A DNA stretch of 64,000 bases from Octopus vulgaris (GCA_951406725.2 OX597831.1:72230001-72294000), one strand, 5' to 3'; shown: positions 1 to 12,630, numbered from the stretch's first letter. The notes: generated from the letters alone by a model not told the origin. Program-made: numbers and translations.

Positions 1-321
1 TTAAGGTGGACATTTATATAATGTACAAAGTAAAGTATTTCACAAACAACAACAGAATTGCATTTTTACAATGAGAGAATTGCTTGTCATATCAGAAAAG
101 AATGAATCACAAAGAGGGAGAGAGAGAGAAAGAGAGAGAATCACAGAGAGAGACCATCAGCATGAGAAACAATATTTAAGCTAATGTTAACATATTGAAA
201 GCATGGAACATTAAAAAAAGCTAACCAGATACAATCATGTAGGGAGGAAATAACTATTCAGTGAGGAAATAATTATGCCATGACTAATATTTTAATTCTC
301 TTGCTAAGTGCATGAGACAAG

Positions 322-545
322 TCACCATTTATAACCATCTATAACTAAAGATTGGTAAAATTTTGTCTGATTAAACTTTACTGTTTTGGTCTTATGACCA
401 TCCTCAACAAAAATGATTTTGCTCGACCTTATATATGCACATGACATTTCGGTGAGGAGTTGCATATATTTATGTGGTGGAGATAGTGAAGTTTAATCCG
501 ACAAAATTTTACCAATCTTTAGTTATAGATGGTTATAAATGGTGA
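322..545. repeat. Foldback/MITE-like inverted repeat
   Basis: About 61-bp arms (322-382 and 485-545) with 2 mismatches around a ~100-bp spacer. Confidence 0.85.
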
Positions 546-666
546 GTATAGTAAGATTTTAAGTCATAGGTAATTAGCTGTACCTGATAGTCAGGTGTGA
601 GCAGATGGTGGATGGCATGAGCTGATTGGCATAAGGAACTTCTCCTTGCCCAAGGGAGAAATCCTA

Positions 667-1073
667 TACTCTTTTACTTGTTTCAGTCATTTGACTGCGG
701 CCATGCTGGAGCACCGACTTTAGTCGAGCAAATCGACCCCAGGACTTATTCTTTGTAAGCCCAGTACTTATTCTATCGGTCTCTTTTGCTGAACTGCTAA
801 GTGACGGGGACATAAACACACCAGCATCGGTTGTCAAGCAATACTAGAGGGACAAACACAGACACACAAACATATACATACACACATATATATATATATA
901 CATATATACGACAGGCTTCTTTCAGTTTCCGTCTACCAAATCCACTCACAAGGCTTTGGTCGGCCCGGGGCTATAGTAGAAGACACTTGCCCAAGGTGCC
1001 ACGCAGTGGGACTGAACCCAGAACCATGTGGCTGGTTAGCAAGCTACTTACCACACAGCCACTCCTGCACCTA
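667..1073 (-). mobile_element. tRNA-derived SINE family A
   Basis: A-box TGGCTGTGTGG and B-box GGTTCAGTCCC head, internal (TA)n(TG)n, tail ...GCAGTCAAATGACTGAAACAAGTAAAAGAGTA; more than 20 near-identical copies in the window. Confidence 0.9.
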
Positions 1074-1143
1074 TGTTGATTTTTTTGTAAAAATTGCAAA
1101 ACCTAGTGGATTTGGTAGGAAGGAAACTTAAAACACGTGTATG

Positions 1144-1186
<43 letters not shown>

Positions 1187-2296
1187 CTATGTATCTTTGT
1201 CTTAATATCATGTGTATGTGTCCTGGAAAGGTTTAAGAAATTGATACCAGTTTAAAAGAATCTCTATCACCCAATTTTTATTGTAGAATGTGTCAGAATT
1301 GAGAAAATGGTGTCCATAGCTTGATATTACGTGATGGTTGTAAATGAGCACTGCCTTCATACAAACAGTAGTCTGGCCATAGAGAAATATTACTTTGCCT
1401 GGAAACAGATTAGGGTTGGTAACAAGAAGGGCATCTAGTCATAGAAAAATCTGCCTCAACAAATTCCATCTGACCCATGCCAGCATGGAAAAGTGTGCAT
1501 TAAATGATGGCGATCCAAGTGCTTTTATTCTCTTCCATTACTTTTATGTACATCAAGGACACTTTGTGTACACTATATCTACCTATACATAAATCATATG
1601 TATTAAATACTGATTAACTAAAATGCTTCATGAAATATCTGAAATGGGACCTACATTTCACATCTTTCTTAGGCCTTTTACCAGCTTTTCACTGGTCTGC
1701 AAATAGTCAACAGTTACCTAAAGCTAAACATAATAGCATGTGTATATCTAAGTCTCAAAATAGCTATACAAAATCCTTGCATTGCATAAGAGTTAACTAA
1801 AAGAGGTAGCAAAGGGAAGATCATCCTTTGAAAATATTCCTTTCTAATATAGATCGGCACAAGACTTGGAATTTTTGGGAGAAAGGGCTTATTAATTATA
1901 TCAACTTTAGTGCTTGACTAGTACTTTATTGTTCTGGAGCCCATAAGACTTACTATTACTCTGACAGGCATAAATGGCCTTAAACATTTATTGTTATTGT
2001 TCCTAATAGTTCCAATGGAAGAAAATTGTTAAAATGGAAGCTTAAGCGATCAACATGAATGAGTTCTGAAACACGTGACAAAACCAGGTTAACAAAAATA
2101 CCAAAAGGTTGCAATGAGAACTGAGAAATTCTGTTATTGTTTCTGGTTTCCCTTCAGCAGACAGAAAAAGGCACAGCAGACTAGACAAAAGTTATCTATT
2201 TTTAGCATTTGCTGCTTAGAGAAACAAGAGACTTTTTCATCAAAACAAAATCAGGTCATAAAATGAAGATGGCATCATAACACACTGACATGTGCA

Positions 2297-2344
<48 letters not shown>

Positions 2345-2379
2345 TTATATATATATATATATAAATATATATATATCAG

Positions 2380-2940
2380 TAGATATCTCTCCCTGTGTGG
2401 GGGTGTATGTTGAGGGGAGCAGCTTTTCTTTCAAATGTATTGAGGGTGTGATAATACTGTTAAAATATACATCAACAGTGCCATATCAGCTTTCTCTGGT
2501 TGATATTTTATATCTTGCCAGATTGGCCTCAATGCCTTTTTTATCACTTCCGAAGGTTCACTTTCAATTCTTTTTTCTTTTACTGAATAAACTTTATAGA
2601 CTATCTTCTTTTCTTCTATATTCCTCCTAACTTCCTGAGGTGGTGACAATTTCACATCACCACCTTCTCTATTTAACATTTTTTTGAAATTTCTTAAATT
2701 TTCCAGGTATACCTCTTTTTTTAGGAATCTCCGTCGCCTCTGCGAAACTCTTTTTCTTCAGGTATTTGTCCATTACTTCTACCATTTGCACAAGCTCCTC
2801 CTTGGATGACAATAATTCTGATGACAAATTTTTCTGATACAACAATTCACAGCAACTCAGTTTGAGATGTAGAAGGTTAATTTTGGAGGTCAAAAGTATT
2901 AGTATTAAATTCTTATTTGTATAACTGGAAGATACCAATT
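2380..2940 (-). mobile_element. Decayed TE-like ORF fragment, possibly LINE ORF1/gag-like
   Basis: Two overlapping K/E-rich frames (2669-2938, 2431-2679) broken by stop/frameshift, ending at a (TA)n tract; no host splice structure seen. Family assignment is tentative. Confidence 0.35.
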
Positions 2941-3184
2941 TACATTAAAAATTTTTTTTTTTACAACTGTAAAGGTCTATTTATTGTAGGTTAAATGTGT
3001 ACAGGTCCAAATTTTAAGAAAACCAATTTATCAATTATTTAATGTATAATATGTGTTGTATAAACATGTTTATAGTCAAAAATTTTAGTTACTTTATCTA
3101 CCAATCTATTTACAATTATCTCTTTATTATCTTGTTACTTTAAATAATGAATAATAAACACTAATGTAAATCTTTATTGGATCT

Positions 3185-3385
3185 TTTATAATATTTAAAA
3201 GTTTTATAGAACCTATGTCCATAGGCGCAGGAGTGGCTGAGTGGTAAGTAACTTGTTTACCAACCACATGGTTCCGGGTTCAGTCCCACTGTGTGGTACC
3301 TTGGGCAAGTGTCTTCTACTATAGCCTCGGGCCGACCAAAGACTTGTGAGTGGATTTGGTAGACGGAAACTGAAAGAAGCCCGTC

Positions 3386-3441
<56 letters not shown>

Positions 3442-4905
3442 ATGTATATGTGTCTGTGTTAGTCCCCCTAGCATTGCTTGACAATCGATACTGGTGTGTT
3501 TATCTCCCCGTCACTTAGCGGTTCAGCAAAAGGGACCGATAGAATAAGTACTGGGCTTACAAAGAATAAGTCCCGGGGTCGAGTTGCTCGATTAAAGGCG
3601 GTGCTCCAGCATGGCCACAGTCAAATGACTGAAACAAGTAAAAGAGTAAAAGAGTATATGTTGAAAGCGCTTCTGATTGACAATTTATTAATATCTTTTG
3701 ACCATACAGTAAAATATACAGTGATTCCTTTGTACAGAGACAGCAGTTATTAAACTTATGTGTGTATGGTGTAGCAGAATCTATTATTGACCAATCTAAT
3801 CTAATCTATAGTTAACTTTATTTTGTTTCAATTTATGTATATAGGTAGTTAATGACGTAGTATTACTAGTTATATTAGGCTTAAAGGAATATATGTGTGC
3901 TAAAAATCTTTGCTTAAAATATACAGAACTCCCTATGTATACCTTATTACTTAAACTATCCATTAACTATCCATTTGTATATCATGTTGAATCTTCTACA
4001 TTTACCTTCTTTATTTTTACATGAGCAATTTTTATTTTTATATTTCTGTTCAGAGGTTTAATATTCAATATTATTATGATCATTTGTTATAGTGTTTAAT
4101 GTTATCGCTGAATTTGCCGTAGTCTTATTCGTCTTGGAGTTGAATATATTTACTATTTGTGAATTATTATTACTATTAGCTTGTGGTATTGTACTACCTA
4201 AGGCATATTGTATATTTTCAGATACATGGTTATTAGAATTTTGTTAGGATTTTGTTCTATTGATATCATTGTTGTGTGTTCTGGTATTTTGAGAATCATA
4301 TGGAATCTTAGTGCTACTGTTTATTTCATCATTAGTATTGTTATTGCTGTTATTACTAAAGCTATTTTTATGTATATTAATTTTTCTTCTATTAGAACTG
4401 GCAATAATAGAGCCTATGTTTGGTGTTGTAGCGAAGGATATTTTAATTGATGATCTGTTAAATATATGGTGATATTTGTGATTACTAGGAAAACTTTATT
4501 TAAAATTTTTTTTGCTAAACCTTTTACATTTAATGAAAATGGAGGTGTATACCAAATAATTTCTCTCTTTCCACTGTTATTAGATAGTTTATTACATTTA
4601 TATATTGATTTAAAGATTTGTGTATTTTTTGCTAAGAGTTTATTGTTATTACTATATTTATTTCTATATCTATCATCACTTTTACTATATTTTTTGTTGT
4701 ATTTTATAGAGGTTTCTCCATTTTGTATTAATTGAGTGTTATTTTTATTGCTGAGGTTATCTTTATTTCTTATTTTAGTATAACATGTAGCTTTGTTTAA
4801 TTCCATTTGTACCATGTAGATCTTTAGTTTAGTATCCTTAACAGATTTAAGGATCTGTTTGAACCCATTAGCAGCTAAAGCCTGGTTGTAATAATTAGCG
4901 TGATT
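3185..4905 (-). mobile_element. Penelope-like retroelement remnant (RT C-terminus, linker, GIY-YIG endonuclease), split by a SINE A
   Basis: Frame-shifted translation gives YYNQALAANGF, REIIWYTPPFSLNVK, FPSNHKYHHIFNRSSIKISFATTPNIGSII, CSCKNKEGKC..MIYK, KVYIGSSVYFKQRFLAHIYSFK, TSLTTYIHKLK and CCLCTKE, all typical PLE motifs. Confidence 0.88.
3222..3656 (+). mobile_element. SINE family A inserted in the Penelope ORF
   Basis: Full head-to-tail match to other A copies. Confidence 0.9.
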
Positions 4906-4939
4906 AGTCTGTTTTTTTCCTGTTTTTTTTTTTCCATTC

Positions 4940-5172
4940 TAACTCTTTCTTTTTTTTACCATATTTCTGTTGAATTGCAGTGCTTTTGTTTTAATTCATT
5001 TGGAAAGTAATCAAGAATTTAGTAAAATAACTTCAACATTTTCAAACTGGTATTTGAAACAAAAATGAACGTGAATTTTGTCAGAAGGCTTTGATTTAGA
5101 ACACTTAAAAATAAGAAGTTTGTATCATAGAATTAGGGGTGGTCTCGAATGGCTTGGTATCAAAAGGGTTAA
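4940..5172. mobile_element. Degraded TTAA-type MITE (family of 28773-29001)
   Basis: Ends ...ggtatcaaaagggttaa; interior is reverse-similar to the 28.8-kb copy. Confidence 0.6.
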
Positions 5173-5287
5173 GAAGCTTAACTTTTCCCATGAAACAGAT
5201 CATGTAGAGACAAGGTGTTCCACACCTTGTCTCTGTATGTTGTATACATGATCTGTTTTATGTATCTCATCATGAATACATACAGGA

Positions 5288-5326
5288 TTATTTGGCTGCT
5301 TGCAGTATATTGTCCATACTTTCAAT
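5288..5326 (-). CDS. CDO1: Candidate terminal CDO1 exon (IESMDNILQAAK*)
   Basis: Phase-0 acceptor ccttacaatacag| then 12 codons and TAA would give a 200-aa protein. Polypyrimidine tract is weak, there is no canonical AATAAA nearby, and alternatives exist. Confidence 0.3.
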   Translation of the reverse strand: MESMDNILQAAK

Positions 5327-5357
5327 CTGTATTGTAAGGTGGACAATACTAATAATA

Positions 5358-5755
5358 TACTCTTTCTACTTGTTTCAGTCATTTGACTGCAGCCATGCTG
5401 GAGCACCGCCTTTAGTCGAGCAAATCGACCCTGGGACTTATTCTTTGTAAGCCCAGTACTTATTCTATCGGTCTCTTTTGCTGAACCGCTAAGTGACGGA
5501 GACGTAAACACACTAGCATCGGTTGTCAAGCAATGCTAGGGGGACAAACACAGACACATAAACACACACACACATATATATATACATATATACAAGCTTC
5601 TTTTCAGTTTCTGTCTACCAAATCCACTCACAAGGCATTGGTCGACCCGGAGCTATAGCAGAAGACACTTGCCCGAGATGCCACGCAGTGGGACTGAACC
5701 TGGAACCATGTGGTTGGTTAGCAAGCTACTTACCACACAGCCACTTCTGCGCCTA
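5358..5755 (-). mobile_element. SINE family A (tandem pair, copy 1)
   Basis: Full-length match. Confidence 0.9.
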
Positions 5756-5757
5756 TA

Positions 5758-6163
5758 TACTCTTTACTCTTTTACTTGTTTCAGTCATTTGACTGCGGCC
5801 ATGCTGGAGCACCGCCTTTAGTCGAGCAAATCGACCCCGGGACTTATTCTTTGTAAGCCCAGTACTTATTCTATCGGTCTCTTTTTGCCGAACCACTAAG
5901 TGACGGGGACGTAAGCACACCAGCATCGGTTGTCAAGCAATGCTAGGGGGACAAACACAGACACACAAACATACATATACATATATACACATATATACGA
6001 CAGGCTTCTTTCATTTTCCGTCTACCAAATCCACTCACAAGGCATTGGTCGGCCCGGGGCTATAGCAGAAGACACTTGCCCAAGATGCCATGCAGTGGGA
6101 CTGAACCCGGAACCATGTGGTTGGTTAGCAAGCTACTTACCACACAGTCTCTCCTGCGCCTAT
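5758..6163 (-). mobile_element. SINE family A (tandem pair, copy 2)
   Basis: Full-length match directly adjacent to the previous copy. Confidence 0.9.
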
Positions 6164-6680
6164 ATGTGAATATACTTTGCACTTCATAAAGAGAAAAAAA
6201 AATATTCATTACAACATCTTTAAAACAGCACTGAATATAATAAAGAAAACAATGTAGATGTCATTTGTGAACGAGTATGATGACTTGGCAGCATGTAACG
6301 AACTTGCACTAATTATCATACTTTCCTATGTAGTTGTAAACAGACATAGATATTCTTTCAGCCTACTCTTGATCCAATGTGACAGCTAGGATGTAACAGC
6401 TGGGGAGAAAGAGAAGCTGCACCAGCACTTGGCTGCTATTCATTTCAACTGCGGGGACTGGAGCAATATGAAATGAAGGGCCTCGTTTAAGTACAACTTA
6501 TGCCACCTCATCCAGGAACTGAATCCACAACCTCATGGTTAGGTGCATTATGAGTCCATCCCTTTGGTCATAAGGTCACTTGCCTTATTGTTATGGACTC
6601 AGTTACATTCATACCTCACTGTTTTAACAGAATTTACAAGATAACTGTAATACTGTGACAAGAAAACAACCATTTCTTAC

Positions 6681-6847
6681 CGGAATTTTCTTTCCATATT
6701 TGGACCAAAATGTCATTGGAGCAACGCTCATGTGTCCAGTTCTTTCATCAAATGTTTTACAGCTACGAAATGGTGGTGAGTACAGGTGTAAGGTGACAGC
6801 TTTGTCACTATGGCTATGATTTTCCATCCGGTGAAGTCCAATAGAGT
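6681..6847 (-). CDS. CDO1: Cysteine dioxygenase type 1, coding exon 3
   Basis: Acceptor ttcttattttctag|AC completes the GAC Asp codon. Encodes SIGLHRMENHSHSDKAVTLHLYSPPFRSCKTFDERTGHMSVAPMTFWSKYGKKIP with the third His ligand and crosslink Tyr. Donor CCG|GTAAGA, phase 0; 167 nt. Confidence 0.97.
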
Positions 6848-7091
6848 CTAGAAAATAAGAAGAAAACAAAAGCCTATCAATGAAGAACTATCAATTACAG
6901 AACAAGGAAGCAGAGGAAATTTGCTGAAAGTCTTGTCTATCTCTGAACTATTAGGGGTGTGGATAGCAAGTGTAGTGTTATACAGAGGTGAAATATGAGC
7001 AGGAGCAAGGGAAGATATTCAGATATAGAAGAAATAAAATGAGTGAAGTATGGTTCACATATATGGGAAAAAGTAACAACCTGAAAAGATA

Positions 7092-7470
7092 TCATCATCA
7101 TCATCATCATCATCATCGTTTAACGTCCGTTTTCCATGGTAGCATGGGTTGGACGGTTTTGACTGAGGGCTGGCAACCAGATGGCTGCACCAGGCTCCAG
7201 TCTTGATCTGGCAGAATTTCTACAGCTGGATGCTCTTCCTAATGCCAACCACTCCGAGAGTGTAGTGGGTGCTTTTTACGTGCCACCTGCACGGAGGCCA
7301 GTCAGGTGGTACTGGCAATGACCTCGCTCGAATCTTTTACACGTGCCAGTGAAGCAACGTTGACAACAATCACGATCAAAATGGTGCCCTTTTACGTGCC
7401 ATGGGTACGGAAGCCAGTTGGCTGCTCTGGCAACGATCACAACTATCACGCTCGGATGGTGTTCTTGGCA
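7092..7470 (-). mobile_element. Family D element (SINE/RTE-tail-like, (GAT)n tail, internal ~60-bp repeats)
   Basis: (CAT)n-CGTTTAACGTCCG...GGATGC(C/T)CTTCCTAA..CCAACCAC motif shared with copies at 11.3, 16.7, 32.6, 38.4-39.2 and 50.6 kb. Confidence 0.8.
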
Positions 7471-8427
7471 CATCTCTTCTCAAACATTATTCATGGGTGA
7501 TTAACTATTCTATGACATTTCCACATGCAGAATTCCTCATAAATACTAATAATATTCTCTCTTTCTCTCAATTCCTAAACTACAGGCATTCTATGAAGGA
7601 AAAAAAGCAAACAAAAAAATTCTATGAATTTCTTTCAGACTGTAATTAATTTCACCTTTAATTTTAATGAAATTAATTGATAATTAACAGGTTATATCAT
7701 GCTGAAGATTTGTAAAAAGAATGAAATGGTGCTAACCATGATTATGCAATTCCAGTGAGGTTTTCACATGTGGATGATGTTTCTATGTAACAGATGACAA
7801 GCAAGGTGAAGGTTGATCTCATTTGTGCAGTGGTGTGGGTGTATGTGCATACACATATGTGTATTTGGTTGGAGGTGATATCAAAGCAGATAAGAAAAGT
7901 GCATGAAATGATATGTCTGTCAGTCTTTTTCTCACTACACACACACACACACACACAATATATGTATTTTTGTATGTATGTATCTATCTATCTATCTATC
8001 TATAAAGAAGAAAAAGAAAATGGAAATTTGGAAGTTAATTGTTTGTTATTAACAGAAAATTAATCATCATCCCTTACAGATGTTTCAATTATATTATATA
8101 ATATGATCTAATATAATATATACTTTGCTGGGGAGTTGGTGTTAGGAAGGGCATACAACCATAAAAACCCTGCCAAAACAGACACAGAAGTCTGGTGCTG
8201 TTTCTTGCCTGGCCAGCTCCTGTCAAACTGTCCAACTCATGCTGGTATGGAAGGCAGACATTAAACAAGGATGACAATGATGATATAATAATGTATATAT
8301 ATATATATATATTAGAAATATTGAATTTCTAAATGTCTCAGAGAGACATGAGCGGTGGTGGAGCGATAGAGTGGTTGTATACTGTCGTCTCGTATGGGAC
8401 TGTTACGTTAAGCTGACAGTATACAAG

Positions 8428-8660
8428 GGCGGCGAGATGGCAGAAACGTTAGCACGCCGGGCAAAATGCTTAGCAGTATTTCGTCAGGTGCTACTTTCTG
8501 AGTTCAAATTCCGCCAAGGTCGACTTTGCCTTTCATCCTTTCAGGGTCGATAAATTAAGTACCAGTTACGCACTGGGGACGATGTAATCGACTTAATCTG
8601 TTTGTCTGTCCTTGTTTGTCCTCTCTGTGTTTAGCCCCTTGTGGGCAGTAAAGAAATAAG
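8428..8660 (+). mobile_element. SINE family B (~235 bp)
   Basis: GGCGAGCTGGCAGAAACGTTAGC...GAGTTCAAATTCC...CTTTCATCCTTTCGGGGTCGATAAA...AAAGAAATA; TSD AGTATACAA. Confidence 0.88.
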
Positions 8661-8668
8661 TATACAAC

Positions 8669-8712
<44 letters not shown>

Positions 8713-8769
8713 ATAATATATAATATACAATAATAATGTGTGTGTGTGTGATATAATATAATCTACCTA

Positions 8770-9080
8770 TATCATGTGATCACGTGACCGACCAGGCCAT
8801 CAGATGTTGCTACAAATCGCTGGTCACAATGCACTTCGCATTGTTTTAGCCTTCAAATGACGCCACCCCGCTGGCTAAGTGAGCAGGCCAACAGAAGAAA
8901 GAGTGAGAGAAAGTTGTGGCGAAAGAGTACAGCAGGGATTGCCACCACCCCTTGCAGGAGCCTTGTGGAGCTTTAGGTGTTTTCGCTCAATAAACACTCA
9001 CAACGCCCGGTCTAGGAATCGAAACCATGATCCTACAACCATGAGTCCGCTGCCCTAACCACTGAGCCATTGCACCTCCA
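8770..9080 (-). mobile_element. SINE family C (tRNA-Arg-like head), tail type 1
   Basis: Head TGGAGG(C/T)GCAATGGC(C/T)CAGTGGTTAGGGCAGCGGACTC...GGTTTCGATTCC shared with copies at 14.7, 42.0, 44.6 and 60.5 kb. Confidence 0.82.
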
Positions 9081-9594
9081 CTCTATCTGTTCATTTTGTA
9101 ACTACTAACAATAATAGTGAGTGAGCCCCAGATCAAGCAGGTTCCCAATCAAATGCATTCCATTCAGAACATGATACCATCCTATCTTTCTCCCAAACTG
9201 CAATGTATCCTTCTGTTTTCCATGTGGCAGGGTGCAATCTGTGGGAAATTTACTATTAGCCTTGATAACCAAATCTGACCTGTCCACCTTTCAGTCAGCA
9301 AATTAGAAGATCCCGAACCCGTCTAACAGCAGTGAGCACTTTTGCAGACTTATTAAGTGATCTTTATGATGTCTGTGTCCTGTTCAATTCAGTATGTCTT
9401 CTGCTTTCACGTCGGCTGCTGTAGAGCAACAGACTTTAAATCATTGGATTTAACAGGCCAGAGTTTCACAGAGTTCATGCACCAACAAGAAAAGGTTAAA
9501 CTATTATCATATCAAATTTTATAGGTTTCATTAACTTGTATATGCTTAACTTTAATTACTATTCTCCTTTTTGCAATCACACACACACACACAC

Positions 9595-9644
<50 letters not shown>

Positions 9645-9743
9645 AACATATTAAATCCCAAAAAATGTATTTGGACTTAATTTCTCATGAGCATACTATT
9701 TATATATATAATACATATATAAATATCTCTGTGTGTGTGTATG

Positions 9744-9779
<36 letters not shown>

Positions 9780-10516
9780 TACACACACATGTACATACAC
9801 ATATGTATATGTATGTGGCAGAGTTTTAGATGTATGTGTGTGTCTATGTATGTATATACATACAGACAGACACCAACTTTTAGTTTTCCTGTCTCATTGA
9901 ATCAACACTTCGAAAAGTTTTCATCCAGGAAATTTAACATTCTCAAAGGTAGTATAGAATAAATGGTTTCAATTAAAGGAGTGGGGTGGTGCTAATGAAA
10001 GACCAAGGAAGAAAGAGTAAGAAGGAGAGAATGAGAGAGAAAGAGAGAATGAGAGAGAGAGGAGTTGCAATGTGGAGGGTGGTGGTGTTTCCTGATAACC
10101 TGTAGTGCAGTGCGCTTATGGTAATACTTTTTTGAAATTTCAACAACTGGTTGGTGATGGGCAAATGAAAAGTGGTTAGATGCGTTGTGGATAATAAAAG
10201 AGAGAGGACAGAGAAATAGGGAGACAGAAAGAGAAAGTGCAAGGATGGAAGGAAAGAAAAGAGAAGACTGGTGGAAATAAGTTCAAAACAGCTTCTCCCA
10301 CAGCCACCTTTGAGTGAATGCCATTGGTTGGTTTGTGTTTCAGGCTTCTGTTGAATGTCCTTGCAGCTTTTCATCAACCTAATGCACTTTTACTATTATC
10401 TGTGTTAATGCATTTGTACAGGAAGAGTACTAAATAATATCAGTCTTTAGAGTATGGTCATCATCATCATCATCAGCAGCAGCAGCAGTATTTGACATTA
10501 GGCAGGTTGGGGTTAA

Positions 10517-10883
10517 GGCGGCGAACTGGCAGAAACGTTAGCACGCCGGGCAAAATGCGTAGCCGTATTTCGTCTGCTGTTACGTTCTGGGTTCAAATTC
10601 CACTGAGGTCGACTTTGCCTTTCATCCTTTCGGGGTCGATAAAATAAGTACCTATTTCTTTACTACCCACAAGGGGCTAAACACAGAGGGGACAAATAAG
10701 GACAGACAAACGGATTAAGTCAATTACATCGACCCCAGTGCGTAACTGGTACTTAATTTATCGACCCCGAAAGGATGAAAGGCAAAGTCGACCTCAGCGG
10801 AATTTGAACTAAGAACATAATGGCAGACGAAATACGGCTACACCTTTCGCCCGGTGTGCTAACGTTTCTGCCAGCTCGCCACC
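10517..10883. mobile_element. Two abutting inverted SINE B copies (+ truncated 10517-10652; - full 10653-10883)
   Basis: Direct sequence match in opposite orientations. Confidence 0.88.
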
Positions 10884-11334
10884 TTTTAATACCATTTTAA
10901 TACTGTTAACTTCATTGGTTGGGTTAATGCTTGAATGTAGAATAATTTATGTCTTCTAAGGAGGATACCTCATACCAATGGGTAGCAAATACTTCTCTGA
11001 CTATATTTCTAGGGGGTCCACTCTAACCACTAAATCCAGTCGTTCCTCCCCAGAACATGCTTGGCTCAGAATTACAACACAATGGCTGCAGTACCTTTTG
11101 AATTCTTCATATCGATTCTCAACCCATTCCAATGGCTCCCACCACTCATGCACAAGACCTACCTCTTCCTACTCTCTTGTCTCCAACTGTATCATCTTCC
11201 TACTCCTGCTGCTTATCCCAACCCCATTTTTCTGTATCCCTCTATTTTCATCAGCTCATGGCTTTTGTCTCATCCACCTTTCAACCCTATCCATTTTGGT
11301 AGTCTGCCTTTCCTACCCCTCATTCACCTTCCCA

Positions 11335-11590
11335 TATCATCATCATATAGCGTTCGCTTTCCATGCTAGCATGGGTTGGACGGTTCAACTGGGGTCTGTG
11401 AAGCCAGAAGGCTGCATTAGGCCCAGTCTGATCTGGCAGTGTTTCTACGGCTGGATGCCCTTCCTAACGTCAACCACTCCGTGAGTGTAGTGGGTGCTTT
11501 TTACGTGCCACCCGCACAGGTGCCAGACGAAGCTGGCAGACGGCCACGGACGGATGGTGCTTTTTACATGCCACCGGCACGGGGGCACAC
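11335..11590 (-). mobile_element. Family D element
   Basis: Shared core and about 2 internal repeat units. Confidence 0.8.
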
Positions 11591-12630
11591 CCACTTCTAC
11601 TCAGCTTGTGCCTTAAAAGGCCACCAGGGCTCCTTATCATCACCTATGTCTTGCAGCTCCTACTGAACATTTTCTCTATCCCTACTGCTGCCTCTTTACC
11701 CCCACCAGATGTGAGTAGCCATGCAGGTCCCTTGGTAGCGATCTGCTCTATGCCCCTCATCTCCTAGCATGAAGATGACACCCCATCCATTTACCCTAAG
11801 GCTCCTACAAGCTACATGGCAACCTCAACAGCACAGGTGGCACAAAAAAATAAAAATCACCCAGTCTATGCTGTACAGTGGTTGGCATTAAGGACATCCA
11901 ACCACAAAAACCATGCCAAAGCAAACACTGGAGCTCAATGAGGTCCTAGGACCCATTGGATCCTGTGAAACCATCCTACTCATGCCAGCATGGAACATGG
12001 ACATTAAATGAGGACGACTATGATTATGACGACGATGATGATGATGATGATTGTCTTAGTCATGAATCAAAGGTAAAAGATTTATCAACTCAGGTTTAAA
12101 GAGGCATACTGGATAACAGTCCTACATGTACTGCCAAAATAGAAAAAAAAAAACGAACAAAAAATTTTAAAAAAACCCCAGAATAGTGACAGCTGGAATG
12201 CATTTAATCAATGGTGTGTGCTCATTCATGTTTAATCTAATCAGGAGTTCTATCTATATATCTATATGCTTTCAACAAATTCTTTTGCATAGATTCAAAA
12301 ATTAATATTGGGCTAATTTAATTGTCAATCTTTTATTCGGTCAATGGAAAATCTTCAACAGAGTGTTCATGGGTCTATTATATTGTGTTACAGATCCAGC
12401 TAATTTCCAAGCAAATCAATCAGTCAGTTGATCTTTGTCATCTATATCTTGTCAAGCTCTGATTATGAGCTTCATGCTACATTACTGGTGATTTTCATAT
12501 AAAATTGGTTTCACCCTTTAGCATTTAACCTGGTTGTATCTGGCCCAAATATTCTGCTTTATGTTCAAACTTGCTAGGTCCAGCCTATCACAACCTACCC
12601 TGGATGTCATACTAAAAATAAACAATTGCC

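Noticed and set aside
3222-3300. tRNA genes at SINE heads
   Set aside because: A and B boxes are present but each is fused to a SINE body and tail, with no convincing cloverleaf or Pol III terminator.
6624-6869. ORF-track boundaries for CDO1 segments (also 17397-17624)
   Set aside because: These ORFs extend into introns; the true exon limits are set by the splice sites given in features.
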